From contig NW_021824848.1 of assembly GCF_006345805.1 (NCBI RefSeq), forward strand, positions 1,707 through 65,706: a stretch of 64,000 bases of DNA, written 5' to 3'. This document shows positions 1-13,087 of the stretch, in pieces; positions within the stretch are counted from its first letter, which is position 1; every line of letters begins with the position of its first letter. The stretch comes from Octopus sinensis (taxonomy: Eukaryota). The translations under genes were made by a program, and so were the position numbers. The notes under the pieces are model-generated. The model ran no database searches. It was not told the DNA's origin and saw nothing but the letters and a program-made list of their open reading frames with translations.

Positions 1-179
1 AGGTACAAGGACCAGTGAAATACAAGGACCAGTGACGTACAAGGACTAATGGTAATGACAAACCCTCTGTCTACCGAAGCTGCTGCTCTTGTGACTTCAT
101 TAGAAACCAACTGTTTATATACTACATATTGCTCTCTGTTTTTCATACTAACCTTGTCCTTTTCTCTTATATTTTTCAG

Positions 180-266
180 TGTGTATGGTAATGATTGCCG
201 CTTATCCGCACCTACATTATATTATTAAAGCAGGTACCAAACACATAACTACAGGGTTTTTAAACA
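180..266 (+). CDS. Gene A exon 3 (internal, phase 1-1) of secreted Cys-protein family: xCMVMIAAYPHLHYIIKAGTKHITTGFLN
   Basis: TACTAAC branch point (146-152), polypyrimidine tract and CAG acceptor (177-179), GTAAGT donor at 267; 87 nt open frame; homologous to exon 3 of genes C and D including flanking intron sequence. Confidence 0.9.
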
Positions 267-645
267 GTAAGTATCATTCGTTTAAATGACATAATTGTTG
301 TTTGCTGAAATAAAAGGTTATACATGTCTGAGCTTGGCATTGTCAAAGCACTTCATTTGCAATAATATTTCAACTATTCCACAATACTGACATTGAAAAA
401 ACAAAACATAATTCACCAGCGACAACTGAACTCAACACCTTATGCGATGTAGTTATTGGCAAGATATTAAGTTCTGCTCATAACAACGTGGTTCCATTTG
501 ATAGTTGGAGCAAGTATCTTCAACGATAGACATGAAATGACAAAATACCTTGCGGTTGGAATTTGATGTATTTGACACACACATATGTGTGCGTGTGTGT
601 GTGTGTGTGTGTGTTTGTCTGTGTGTGGAGATATATATATAAATA

Positions 646-705
646 ATCTCTAAATTCGAGCCTACTCTAAGCTACTAAGAATGCGTGTGGCAACTTGAAG
701 ATCCA

Positions 706-751
<46 letters not shown>

Positions 752-1970
752 AATAAAATAGAACATATGCATATATATAAACATATATGTACGTACCTAC
801 CTCTACATGTACATATACACGCATATATTGTTACAGGACACCAAAAAGACGTCGAACACATAGAGAGACGAAAAACATAGACAACAAACCAGGAACAAGA
901 CAAGCAAAAAAAGGAGATACAGGACAATAAGCACACGAAAAATCCCCTTCTTCAGTCGCTAAGGTTTCATCTACTAAACGTTTCGAAGGATAAAAGCGAG
1001 ACGTATACTTCGAAGAAAACTTCCTTCCTGCGAAAAGCAAATCAATTAAAATTCTGAGATCTTTTCGCAGAGGGGTAAAAAAGCAAGACGGTAACGACAG
1101 TACAAACATATAAACAGAAAAAATATATATAAAACAGTGGGAAAATAAATATATAACAGTGAGAGACAGGACAAGGAGAACAAGATAAGAAGGGCTGTTA
1201 ACGCCAGACGAAAAAGTATTGCAAACGCTGGATTATAGTGGACGACGAGAGAGAAAAAATGTCGACCAGTAGCCTTAGAAGGCGGGCGAGAAAAGACAGG
1301 ATAGCAGTTACGACGAAGTATCGTCGCAGATGGACGAGGAATGGGGAGGAGGAGCAAGAGGAAGAGAGAGAAGAAGGGGAATGGTGCGAGGAGACCATGA
1401 AGAATGGTGAAAGGAGAGAGAGAGGAAGAGACAAGTTAGTGAGGGAAAAAAGACGAAAAAGGAATGGGAGAGAAAGAAAGAAGATGCAGAGTCGCGTGAG
1501 AGTTAATATCAAGGCTAACTTGATAAACAGAACAATCTTACTTATAGGGTGCGTGCGTTTAGTCGTATAATATGTTAATAAAATAGAACATATGCATATA
1601 TATAAACATATATGTACGTACCTACCTCTACATGTACATATACACGCATATATGTGTACAGGACACCAAAAAGACGTCGAACACATAGAGAGACAAAAAC
1701 AGACACAAACCAAGGAACAAGACAAGCAAAAAAAGGAGATACAGGACAATAAGCACAACGAAAATCCCCTTCTTCAGTCGCTAAGGTTTCATCTACTAAA
1801 CGTTTCGAAGGATAAAAGCGAGACGTATACTTCGAAAAAACTTCCTTCCTGCGAAAAGCAAATCAATTAAAATTCTGAGATCTTTTCGCAGAGGGGTAAA
1901 AAAAGCAAGACGGTAACGACAGTACAAACATATAAACAGTAAAAAAAATATATATAACAGTGAAAAATAA

Positions 1971-2034
<64 letters not shown>

Positions 2035-2125
2035 CAGATACCGCCAGTCTATCGCATGTGGTGTGTGGATCTTCAAGTTGCCACACGCATTCTTAGTAGC
2101 TTAGAGTAGGCTCGAATTTAGAGAT
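646..2125. mobile_element. Element with 61-bp perfect terminal inverted repeats (646-706 / 2065-2125) and ~400-bp internal direct repeats (~751-1150 / ~1576-1975); Penelope-like terminal-repeat architecture
   Basis: Both repeat pairs seen directly; CTGAAGA core on the - strand in each direct repeat; the class is an inference. Confidence 0.55.
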
Positions 2126-2156
2126 ATTCTCTGTGGTTAATGGCGTGAGTCCTGAT

Positions 2157-2349
2157 TGGAAGAAGAAGAAGAAGAAGAAGAAGAAGAAGAAGAAGAAGAA
2201 GAAGAAGAAGAAGAAGAAGAAGAAGAAGAAGAAGAAAAGAAGAAGAAGAAGAAGAAGAAGAAGAAGAAAAGAAGAAGAAGAAGAAAAGAAGAAGAAGAAG
2301 AAGAAGAAGAAGAAGAAGAAGAAGAAGAAGAAGAAGAAGAAGAAGAAGA
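2157..2349 (+). repeat. (GAA)n microsatellite
   Basis: Direct; explains the poly-K/E/S ORFs at 2133-2450. Confidence 0.95.
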
Positions 2350-3223
2350 CAACAGCAATATTACTGCTTCAAAATAAGATAAATATAGAATGTGCCTTTA
2401 AATCTAGGTTCCTGAAACAGTTTGAAGAGAGTACGAAACTAAGTGCCTAGGTAGACTCAGTGGCGTTTTAAAGTCAAATGGATCCAGTAACACAATTGAG
2501 GGTACAATAATTTTTAAAAAATATAAATGATGAAAAACAAATCACCAATTGTTTTTTGATTACCATAAATATAGTTTTATTTTTTGTCGCTAAGGTTTGA
2601 CCTATACGTAAATCCGGCTCTGTACACCCACATGCATACACATACACACACATACGCGATTATATGCACACACATACACAGACATACACACACTTACACA
2701 CACATATGCAAACTACATATACATGTGTGTGTGTGTGTGTGCGTGCGTGTGTGTGTGTGTGTGTTGTGTGTGTGTAGGCGCCTTTATGGCGGTGTGGTCA
2801 AGTAGCTTACATTTAAAACAAGTGGTCTCGTCGTTAATCTCACTGTAGACAAATGACTGTTCCAGCAATGAATGGTGAGAGAAAATGGCTGAGGAAAATG
2901 TGTGAAAGCAAACATTTTCGTCAAGCAATTTCAAATCAAGCCACTTAAGCTTACACCTAGTGCTTTGGCTGTTGCACACATGATTCGCTAGATTGTAGAT
3001 TCGTTTCCTGGACCCGGCGGTGCTTTATGATCTTGAGCGAAACACTTTAACTGGAGTTCCTTCAGTCCACTCTCCAGTAAACGGGTATTCCCTACGACGG
3101 AATAACTTTCAGATTCGGGAGAATGCTGGTCTTCTCACCTTGCAGTGGTGTGGCATCATTCCAAATCTAAAACTTGGTGCTAGGCGCAATTTGACCAGTA
3201 ATGTATGACATCCCAATGTCTGA

Positions 3224-3277
<54 letters not shown>

Positions 3278-3474
3278 ACGTGATCACGTGACCGACCAGA
3301 CCATCAGATGTTGTTACATATCGCTGGTCACAATGCGTTCTCATTGTTTTAGCCTTCGAATGACGTATGTATCTATCTATCTATGCATGTAGCATGTATG
3401 TGTGTGTGCGTGCGCGTTTTTGTATGTGTATTTATACATATGAATATATATCTTCACTTTTATTTACTTTACAG

Positions 3475-3689
3475 ATCATAATAATGAGCGCGAGGTTGAT
3501 ATCCAGCTTTCGTATGTGAAGGTCGAGTTTACAGTGAAGATCCATTATTACACCAGGAGTGTAGTCTTGATGTGCTTTAAGGCTGATTATCATACTCATT
3601 TATATAAATTTGATGGTACTATCGGTTGTATGAGAAAATCATTTTATGACGATCGATATGACGAAGCACCTTCCATGTCAATAATGTAA
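3475..3689 (+). CDS. Gene A terminal exon 4: (N)HNNEREVDIQLSYVKVEFTVKIHYYTRSVVLMCFKADYHTHLYKFDGTIGCMRKSFYDDRYDEAPSMSIM*
   Basis: tttatttactttacag acceptor; phase 1 joins in frame to exon 180-266; 215 nt, the same length as gene D exon 4; shared CFKADY, GC and PSMSI motifs; missed by the ORF track because it has no start codon. Confidence 0.9.
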
Positions 3690-3900
3690 ATATCAATTGA
3701 GTTAAGATGTTGGGGACGCGTGAGTTTCATCATCCACTGTATAAAACAGGCAATAGAGCTGTTCTTTATTTCTTTTTTTAATTGACAAAATAAAAATTAT
3801 TAATCTGAAGACAAAACTAGATATAAAGTTTGTTGGTAAGTATATTCAGCTTAAAGTTATTTTCTTGAGCTTAATTGTAAAAGACAAATGTATAAAATGA

Positions 3901-3906
3901 AATAAA
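3901..3906 (+). terminator. Polyadenylation signal of gene A
   Basis: AATAAA in the context gaaataaaga, conserved at the equivalent place in the alignable 3' UTRs of genes C (21854-21859, -) and D (37555-37560, -). Confidence 0.65.
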
Positions 3907-4431
3907 GAAAATTAAACAGTGAAAAGTTTTCTTGTTTGAAAAGTTCCTCTTTTCGATCCCCAGACTAATGGAAAAAGCAGTATACATAAATACATGCATA
4001 CACACATACCTATACATGTGTATGTGTGAATGTGAGTGTGTGCATCTCTATGCGTACGTATGTGTGTGTACGTGTGTGTATGTATGTATATATATATATA
4101 TATTACGTGATCACGTGACCTATCAGATGTTGCTACACATCGCTGGTCACAATGCGTTTCGCATTGTTTTAGCCTTCAAATGACGCCACCCCGCTGACTA
4201 AGCAAGTAGGCCAACAGAAGAAAAAGTGAGAGAAATTTACGGCGAAAGAATACAGCAGGGATCGCCATCACCCTCTACCGGAGTCTCGTGGAGCTTTAGG
4301 TGTTTTCGCTCAATAAACACGCACAACGCCCGGTCTGGGAATCGAAACCACGATCCTACAACCGCGAGTCCGCTGCCTGAACCATTGGGCCATTGCGCCT
4401 ACACAATATGCGCCTCCACAATATGCGCCTC

Positions 4432-4462
<31 letters not shown>

Positions 4463-4495
4463 GCATATATATATGCATCCGTATGCATACATCTA

Positions 4496-4600
4496 TTGAT
4501 TTATTTAAGGCTCATTATCATACTCATCTTTATAAATTTGATGGTACAATCGGTTGTATGAGAAAACATTTTATAACGGTCGATATGATGTACCACCTAT
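4496..4600 (+). pseudogene. Partial duplicate of the 3' half of gene A exon 4 (FKAHYHTHLYKFDGTIGCMRK, then frameshift)
   Basis: Aligns to ~3568-3672 with a 1-nt deletion after AGAAAA; the 5' half of the exon and the native acceptor are missing. Confidence 0.8.
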
Positions 4601-4649
4601 TTCTGACTAATTATCTGTCAATCTACCTATCTATCCATTTATCTGCCAA

Positions 4650-4695
<46 letters not shown>

Positions 4696-4696
<1 letters not shown>

Positions 4697-5138
4697 TAGC
4701 GGTATCACCCGGCGTTGCTCGGGTTTGTTTTTCAGTTGCGCTTAAAACGGCAGACTTTGATGTGGCGTCAACCAAGTTTTTGACATAGTTTCAATTTTTG
4801 GGAAAAGTAAAGATTGTGCATTATGTAGCTTGTTATTCTCTTTAAGTGAACATTATTCTGGTTGAAATACACAGACAAATGGCGACACAGCAGTCAAAAA
4901 ATCGTTAAAAAATAAGGATTTGTATAGAAAAAATGCAGCTTTTTGATGTAAATAATTTTTGGTCTTAACATAGTCCGATTTGAATTTGTTTCTTCTACGG
5001 AATGAAGAGCAAGCTTTCTTCTATCATACTCTCAATTTTGGTCAACTTGCGCCGCAGGATCTCGGAGGAGATAGTGTTAGTTGAAGGCTACCAAACCTGC
5101 TACACACAGAGAGACAATTTCAGCTGTATATGTATAGA
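4696..5138 (-). mobile_element. Non-autonomous Helitron-like element (~440 bp)
   Basis: On the - strand: A|TC 5' end at 5138, GC hairpin cccgagcaacgccggg (4708-4723) ~10 nt before CTAG|T 3' end (4696-4699). Confidence 0.65.
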
Positions 5139-5143
5139 TATAT

Positions 5144-5360
5144 GTGAAGGTGCGTGGCTTAGTGGTTAGGGTGTAAGCATCATGATCGTAAGACTGTGGT
5201 TTCGATTCCTGGACGGGTGACGCGTGGTGTTCTTGAGCAAAATACTTCATTTCACGTTGCTCCAGTCCACTCAGCTGGCAAAAATGAGTAACGCTGCGAT
5301 GGACTGGCGTCCCGTCCAGCTGGAGAACACATGCGCCATAGAAACCGGGAGACCGCTTTA
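5144..5360 (+). mobile_element. tRNA-derived SINE family 3 (head GTGAAGGCGCGTGGCTTAGTGG); other copies ~4130-4398(-), ~5400-5716(-), ~6073-6415(+), ~2770-3190, ~41420-41620
   Basis: A-box (TGGCTTAGTGG) and B-box (GTTTCGATTCC) like motifs; multiple diverged copies. Confidence 0.75.
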
Positions 5361-6440
5361 AAAGGGCGCATTTATTACATATATATATATATATATATAT
5401 TTATGCGCCCTTTTCAAGCCTAGCCAGGCTCATGGGCCCGGTTTCCTGGTTTCTGTGGCGTATGTGTTCCCCCCCACCACCACCACCAGCTGGACGGGAC
5501 GCCAGTCCATCGCAGCGTTACTCAAGAAACAGGAAGAAAGAGTAAGAGAAAGTTGGGGCGAAAGAGTACAACAGGGGTCTCCACCACCCCCTGCCGGACC
5601 CTCATGGAACTTTAGGTGTTTTCGTTCAATAACCACACACAACGGCCGGTCTGGGAATCGGAACCGCGATCCTCCGACCGCGAATCCGCTGCCCTAACCA
5701 CTGGGCTATTGCGCCACCACGTACACACACACACACACACACACACCACACACACACACACACATATATATGTATATAGAGAGAGAGACAGACAGACGGA
5801 CAGAGACAGTCAGACAGTCAGAGAGGGAGAGAGGGAGAGGAAGTGAGAAAGATATATATGTATATGTATGTACGCATGCACGTATTTATGTATGTATGTA
5901 TGTACGTAAATACTTTATCCAAAAGTACCATGTGGTTGTCTGTCCAGAAATTTCTTGCATGTTTATCCTACATGTACAATCTTGTAATCTCAATAAGTGA
6001 AAGAAGCATGTGTATTGGTAGAGAAATAATACAAAACTTCCTGTTCACACACACACACATACACACACATACGTGAAGGTGCGTGGTTTAGTGATTGAGA
6101 TATTTGTCTCACGATCGTAAGGTCATAGTTTCAATCCCTGGCGACCCGTTGTGTCCTTGAGCAAGACACTTTGTACACTTCATTTCACGTTGCAACCAGT
6201 CCACTCAGCTGGCAAAAATGAGGAGTAACTCTATATCTAAAAGGGTCACCCTTGTCACACTCTGTGTCACGCTGAATCTCTTTGAGAACTGCGTTAAAGG
6301 TCACACGTGTCTGTCGAATGCTCAGCCACTTACACGTTAATTTCACGAGCAAGCAGTTCCGTTGATCGCATCAGCTGGGACCCTCGTCGTAATAACCGAC
6401 GGAGTGCTCCTTTACTCACACACACACACATATATATATT

Positions 6441-6519
<79 letters not shown>

Positions 6520-6520
6520 C

Positions 6521-6553
<33 letters not shown>

Positions 6554-6862
6554 TGCTTCTACTCTCTTACACCTGGACTCCTATACTTCGGCTGCACCTC
6601 TCCTACCTATGGATTACACTGGATTCTTCCTTTGATAAGAAATCGCTCGAATACACCACGACGTTTGAACCTTTTGAAATTTTCTAAATTTTTTGTAATT
6701 TCTGCTTTTCACTTCTGCGTTCCTTTCTGTGGAAGAGCGTAGGCTCGAAAGGTAAAAGACTTTCTCACTTCCCGAGCGTTAAACTAATACATCTGTTGTT
6801 GTTTACACACTCGTCTTCCTCTTTTGTTTTTTTTTTTTGGTGGGGGGGTGTAAATTCTCACT

Positions 6863-6893
<31 letters not shown>

Positions 6894-6907
6894 ATATATA
6901 TATATAT

Positions 6908-6940
<33 letters not shown>

Positions 6941-6979
6941 CGTAGTTTGGGGTTTGAGTTTGGGTGTCCTGATTTTCCT

Positions 6980-7570
6980 AATTTATTTTCCGTTTTTTAC
7001 TTGCTGGTGATTGCTCAATATATCGATTGAAGCTGGTAATATTTACTTTCTTTTCTAATACTTTATTATTACTATTTGAAAGTCGATAGGTATTTTTGCC
7101 ACAAACTACTGCAACAGAGTAAGGACCTGTGCGGCGTTCTGTAAAATATCCTCCCTTTCTTTCCAATCTAATCAGGTTTTTGAGCAGAACTTTATTTCCA
7201 ATATGGAATTGGTGTTGCTCCTGTTTTCTATTGTATTGTTCTTTTTGAACTGACTAAACTATTCTTATAGTGGAGCAAACTCGAGAAATCATACTCTCCC
7301 GAATAGCTGTCATAACATCAATTTTTCTGCATATAGATTGATAATTTCCAAAACTGTCCCGATCTTTGGCAGTTGGGTTGTGATGTAGTTCAACTGGAAG
7401 TGTTGCTTGCCTGTTGTCAAAAGGGTATGTTATAATGTTATTCCACATCCATTCCAGCAATCCAATAATACTATTCAACATATACAAAATAGCCATACCA
7501 ACAATCCAATATACGTCTCTCACCAGCTGCCCCACTGATATCATCTTGGTTTCGACACGTGGGAAGTACC
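6980..7570 (-). mobile_element. Gypsy-type LTR retrotransposon integrase C-terminal relic
   Basis: ...RQATLPVEL... followed by RKGGYFTERRTGPYSVAVVCGKNTYRL.N...K.VN, resembling the GPY/F region of Ty3/Gypsy integrases; frameshifted. Confidence 0.6.
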
Positions 7571-8358
7571 ATTTAAATCGGCGGTGTCAACAGCACTAAA
7601 ATAATTGTTGTTTGGGAAAAAAACAAAACAAAGAAACTTTCAATATATAACACAGGCTTCTTCAGTCTCCGCCAACCAAATCCACTCACATGGCTTTGGT
7701 CGGCCCGACCAAAGCCTTGTGAGTGGATTAGAAGAATACACTTCCCCAGGGTGACACTTGCACAAAATGCATCACATAAGAGACGCACGCACACGCACAA
7801 ATATATATACATGCATATATTATATATAAGAATACAAAAAAATGGGACAAGAACGCAATTGGTGACAACAAAACATCCAGACAGTTAGATGATACAAAAA
7901 GGGACAAGAACATACAAGGACGTGTCATTCGGAGTTTTCTTTCGTCAGTCGAATTCCAGATTATCTTTGCAATTTCGGCTGGTTATACTCGAAATTGCTC
8001 CAATTTAGCCAATCTAAGGAAAATCTAAGCTAAGAGCATTAGATTCCTTGGAAGAAAGCAGCGAATGTATACGAAAACAAGGACGGGAAAAACGGGGAAA
8101 TAGTACACAAATACAAATGTAAATAACAGGACATTGACAACAGGTGTCTTTCGACTAAGGACGAATTGAATTAAGATAGCGTGTGTGGTGAAGCCTTCCA
8201 TACACGCCAGCTTAATTTAATTCGTCCTTAGTTGAAAGACACCTGTTGTTAATGTCCTGTTAAACTCCCGTCCTCGTATTTTCTTGTCCCTTTTTTGTAT
8301 TCCCTTTTATATACATATGACAACTTACGTACACTTTGGTCTCTTATATGTAAGTACA

Positions 8359-8438
<80 letters not shown>

Positions 8439-8455
8439 ATATATATCTATATATA

Positions 8456-8538
<83 letters not shown>

Positions 8539-9494
8539 TATATAGGAAAGACCACTATGTGGATCCCTTGTATGCTAAAAATAGACGTCAAACCGTCTAA
8601 CCACGAAATCTGTGTTCTCAAATTAGCAAGGCGCCAAATGCTTACGAGCTAGACAAATGAAAAGAAATAAACATAGCACTTAATTCCACAACTTAAGGTT
8701 TCAATATGAACAATTCAATAATTATCTGCGTCTCTTCCGTGAAATCAGTGCTGATACAATAATGGAACTGGACACCGCCCGTTTCCACGAGAGGATAAGA
8801 ATGCATAAAGTTCCAATATCATGTATTTTACTTTCGATTCAAACACCATTGTACTAGCGCTCTAAGCCAGAAAATAACTAAAATGAATGATATTCAGCAG
8901 TGAATCAACTGGCTAGAGAATATACAGATATTTGAAATTCAATAATAAGAGTAGAAATTAATATTATTTAATAATATTAATTTGTACACATAATATATAT
9001 ATATTTCTTTACTACCCACAAGGGGCTAAACACAGAGAGGACAAACAAGGACAGACAAACGGATTAAGTCGATTACATCGACCCCAGTGTGTAACTGGTA
9101 CTTAATTTATCGACCCCGAAAGGATGAGAAGCAAAGTGGACCTCGGCGGAATTTGAACCCAGAACGTAAACGGCAGACGAAATACGGCTACGCATTTCGC
9201 CCGGCCGTATTTCATAATATATATACACACACACACAAATGGGACAAGAACGCAATACATCTATACAGTTAGGTGAAACAAAAAATGGGAAAACAAAATA
9301 TCCAGACAGACGATACAAGGAAAGACAAGGACAGATCATTCAGAGTTTTCTATCCTCAGTCTGGCTGGCCCGGCCTTGGCTTGCAGGCTAATGTTGCTGT
9401 CAGCTCGCCGCCTTATGATATGTACTTACTGATAATGAAATATAAAAGCTAATGGTAATCGCGATGGAATTTCAGTCTTTCTATCTGTGATTGC

Positions 9495-9539
<45 letters not shown>

Positions 9540-10501
9540 CGCGTGAGTGTGTGTGTGTGTGTTTGCCTCAATTGCCAGAGATTAAAGTCGCCAAAACAGG
9601 GGAAATGTCCAGTTGGCCGTATCAAACCGTTAGAGTCCAAACCACCTTACCCAGTCGTCATGTGGAATAAATGACGCCTCAGGTCTTCGAGGTCACATTC
9701 AACCAATTTCTGGAAAAAGACTATTCTCTCTCTACCGCTCAACACATACATATAGACATATATCCGAACGCGCGTGTGTGCGTGTGTGTGTCTATGTGTG
9801 TGTAAATATGTATGCATGTGTGTATGTAATTTTCCTCTTGTTCGAATTCCACTGAGGTCTCGTTTGTCTTTCAGTCTTTCATTAATTGTTTAGAGAGTAT
9901 AAATAATGGGCGGAAGCCGGGTGGAATTTTGTCAGAACGTAGCATTGATTGCTTTCCCGTACTTGTCTGAACGTTCTACAGTCTGAGTTCAAATTCCACA
10001 AGGACAACCGGACCTTTACGTCTTTGGAGATCGATATAAAAAGTACCAATCCTGAGCAAAGAATTGGTTGAAATGCAAGAAAGCGGCACACGATCCATTG
10101 CGTTCTTAGTTCAAATATCGATGTGTCCTAGTCGGTCGGTAGACTTAATCCTCCATTTAGTTTAACATACCATCCTCTGTTACTTTGGGTAATTTCATCA
10201 GAGGGCATAATGTTAGAAGCATTCTTGCTAGGTCGTCGCTTTCAAGAAAACTTCGTATGTTTCAGAAAGAGCCCCTTTCAGAATATCAGGGGCGCTGCTC
10301 TCCCTTCTGCGGGGAAAAAATGGAATAAATGAAATATAACATGAAATATAAGAAACATGAATGTAAAACGGAATTCGACAAACAACGGAAAGAGATTTCA
10401 AGTGGTTTCCTATGAAATTATCGTAAACATCCTGGTTTCAGTTGCTTCTGATAGTCTTCCATGTCAATATTTCATAACTCAAATCACAATATATTAACGA
10501 A

Positions 10502-10508
10502 TATAAAT
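10502..10508 (+). promoter_or_regulatory. Putative TATA box of gene B
   Basis: TATAAAT ~117 nt upstream of the ATG; similar spacing to TATAAATA upstream of gene D. Confidence 0.5.
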
Positions 10509-10618
10509 GCACATATCAAATGCATAATTACATATTTATATTAGCAACGAGATACCATTTTGTTATTAAATTCCCTTGAAGGACTCGAGTCGAATTTTGA
10601 AGAAAGAAAACCGACGCT

Positions 10619-10712
10619 ATGATAAGGATAACAAATATCGTCATATTTTCACTTCTCGTGTTCTGTTTTGGAATATACGCAGCCGTTAATATTGACACTA
10701 AAATGACGGAAG
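10619..10712 (+). CDS. Gene B exon 1, signal peptide: MIRITNIVIFSLLVFCFGIYAAVNIDTKMTE(G)
   Basis: ATG, basic n-region and hydrophobic h-region; FCFG..AAVNI matches FCLG.CAVVNI of C and D; GTGAGT donor in phase 1 at 10713; 5' UTR shares cgaattttga..gaaaa with D. Confidence 0.85.
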
Positions 10713-11235
10713 GTGAGTGTGCTATTTTAATTAGATATTTCATACATATTTATAACATGTTGATGATGATGATGACGATGAGATAATATCCTGTGCATGT
10801 ATGTGTGTGTGTGTGAGTATAACGTTCTGTCCTGTGACGTTAAACATGCAGATTATTATATATATATGTATGTTTAAGCATGCAAACATATAAATATATA
10901 CATACAACTATACACACATACGTAAGTATGTATGTAGGTATGAATGTTTGTATGTACATGTGAGTGGACGAACGAAAGTAAAAGGCACTGAAGGCGTTTA
11001 GTAAGACAACTTGATTATTCTCCGAGCAACCTAAAGTTTCGCAGGATTCTAACAGAAACCTAGCTCATTCAGGCAAGATTACTGATTGAACAAACAGGGG
11101 AAGCCATTGAATTCCTGTCTTTCGCCATTCGGTAATCTGTGCCTAAACCCGCCAGGTTTTTGTTAGGGGCGTGCGAAACGTTAAGTCGTCTGGAACTGAA
11201 TCAAACTGTCCAAATGGCATGCTTCTATCTATCTA

Positions 11236-11340
<105 letters not shown>

Positions 11341-11354
11341 TTATATTTATATTT

Positions 11355-11419
<65 letters not shown>

Positions 11420-12047
11420 AGCATGCCATTTGGACAGTTTGATATATATATATACCTATTTATCTATCTATCCATCACTATACGTGTGTGTGTGCGTGTG
11501 TGTATAAAATTAGAGATAGATCTAGTTCTAAATTTATATATACTAAATCTATTTAGATGGTATTTGTATGTGCAGTAGTATTTTCTCTAACCTTACACTC
11601 CAATCTCTTTCGCTGTCTTTTGTCCGTCTGTTTCTAATCCTTCAAAACTTTCCTCTTAGCATTATCGATACATTCGTCTATGTCTATCCCTAAGGCCGTG
11701 TTCTGTTCATTTATTTCCTCTTTGTACCCCGTCAGTCTACTGATAGTCTCGTCTTGAATCCTACTTATTTATGTTAGTATGTCCACCTCTGTATCGCATA
11801 TGTATTCATTTCTTGTTTATTCGTTACCGAGCTGTTATGTTTGGTCTCATTTCGCTGCCAGCTTCTTGTTGGTACCAGCAGAATTGAATTAATATTACCG
11901 TAAGGCGCGAAATTGCGTTTGACCCTTTGGCAGAAAACTAATGAGGAATTGGTGACTTTCTGTGTCTGTTTTCTGTTTGCTTGTGCATGTACTGTTTTAA
12001 ATTTATACAAACACACACACACACACACATTTACATACATACATGAC

Positions 12048-12086
<39 letters not shown>

Positions 12087-12593
12087 TGGTGTGTGTGTGT
12101 GTGTGTGTATTGGGGCTTGTGCTCTCATTTGTGTTATTAACCGACCAAATCTGGATAACCAGTATTCATTTGTTTATGTCCCAGTAGCATAACAATTCCG
12201 CATAAGACACCGATAGAGAAGTTTGGCTTGATAAATTTTGTCCTATTGTTGTAATAGGACAAAATTTATCATGTTATCATTATAACAATAGGATAAAATT
12301 CATCATGTTTACTCTCGGCCGAAGTAAGGCCCTATAACCTCACTACCTCCTCCTGGTCCAATAAGTAAACATTGGGGTGGATTTCTCTCACTAAACCTTT
12401 CATCGTCGCTTGGGAACATCTCTTGGAATCCTCGCTTCTGTGAATGGCGTAGGAGCATGGCTTGGGTACATCCCTGCAGTCCAATGAATCAAACCTAGTG
12501 AAGATTATAGATAAAAGATTCATTTCTGCATGTCTGCTGCGTGTGTGTGATTGTGAGTGAGTAGGTGCGAGTAAGCATGTGTTTATGTACGTA

Positions 12594-12770
12594 GGCGAAG
12601 GAGTGGTTGTGTGGTAAGTAGCTTGCTTACCAGCCACATGGTTTCGGGTTCAGTCCCACTGCGTGGCACCTTGGACAAGTGACTTCTACTATAGCTTCGG
12701 GCCGACCAAAGCCTTGTGAGTGGATTTGGTAGACGGAAACGGAAAGAAGCCCGTCGTATATATGTATATG

Positions 12771-12824
<54 letters not shown>

Positions 12825-13030
12825 TGTGTGTATGTTTGTCCCCCCAACATCACTTGACAACCGATGCTGGTGTGGTTATATCCCCGTAACTTAGCGGTTC
12901 GGCAATAGAGACCGATAGAATAAGTACTAGGCTTACAAAAAATAAGTTCTGGGGTCGATTTGCTCGACTAAAGGCGGTGCCCCGGCATGGCCGCAGTCAA
13001 ATGACTGAAACAAGTAAAAGAGTAAAAGAG
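12594..13030 (+). mobile_element. tRNA-derived SINE family 1 with internal (AT)/(GT) microsatellite; full copies also at ~19475-19927(+), ~31717-32139(-), ~34762-35141(-), ~47970-48410(+), plus many partials
   Basis: Head GGCG.AGGAGTGG.TGTGTGGTAAG, B-box GGTTCAGTCCC, shared tail ...GTCAAATGACTGAAACAAGTAAAAGAG; high similarity among copies. Confidence 0.85.
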
Positions 13031-13087
13031 TGTGCATATAATACAGCGACTTAGTAATGCATTTATTTCAATTCGCTTTGTTTACAG

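Noticed and set aside
1-53. Three 17-nt tandem repeats as coding or CRISPR-like repeats
   Set aside because: Not frame-preserving, no spacers; homologous intron sequence with fewer units exists in C and D.
12594-12680. SINE heads as tRNA genes
   Set aside because: They have A/B boxes but no complete cloverleaf, and are fused to repeated SINE bodies.
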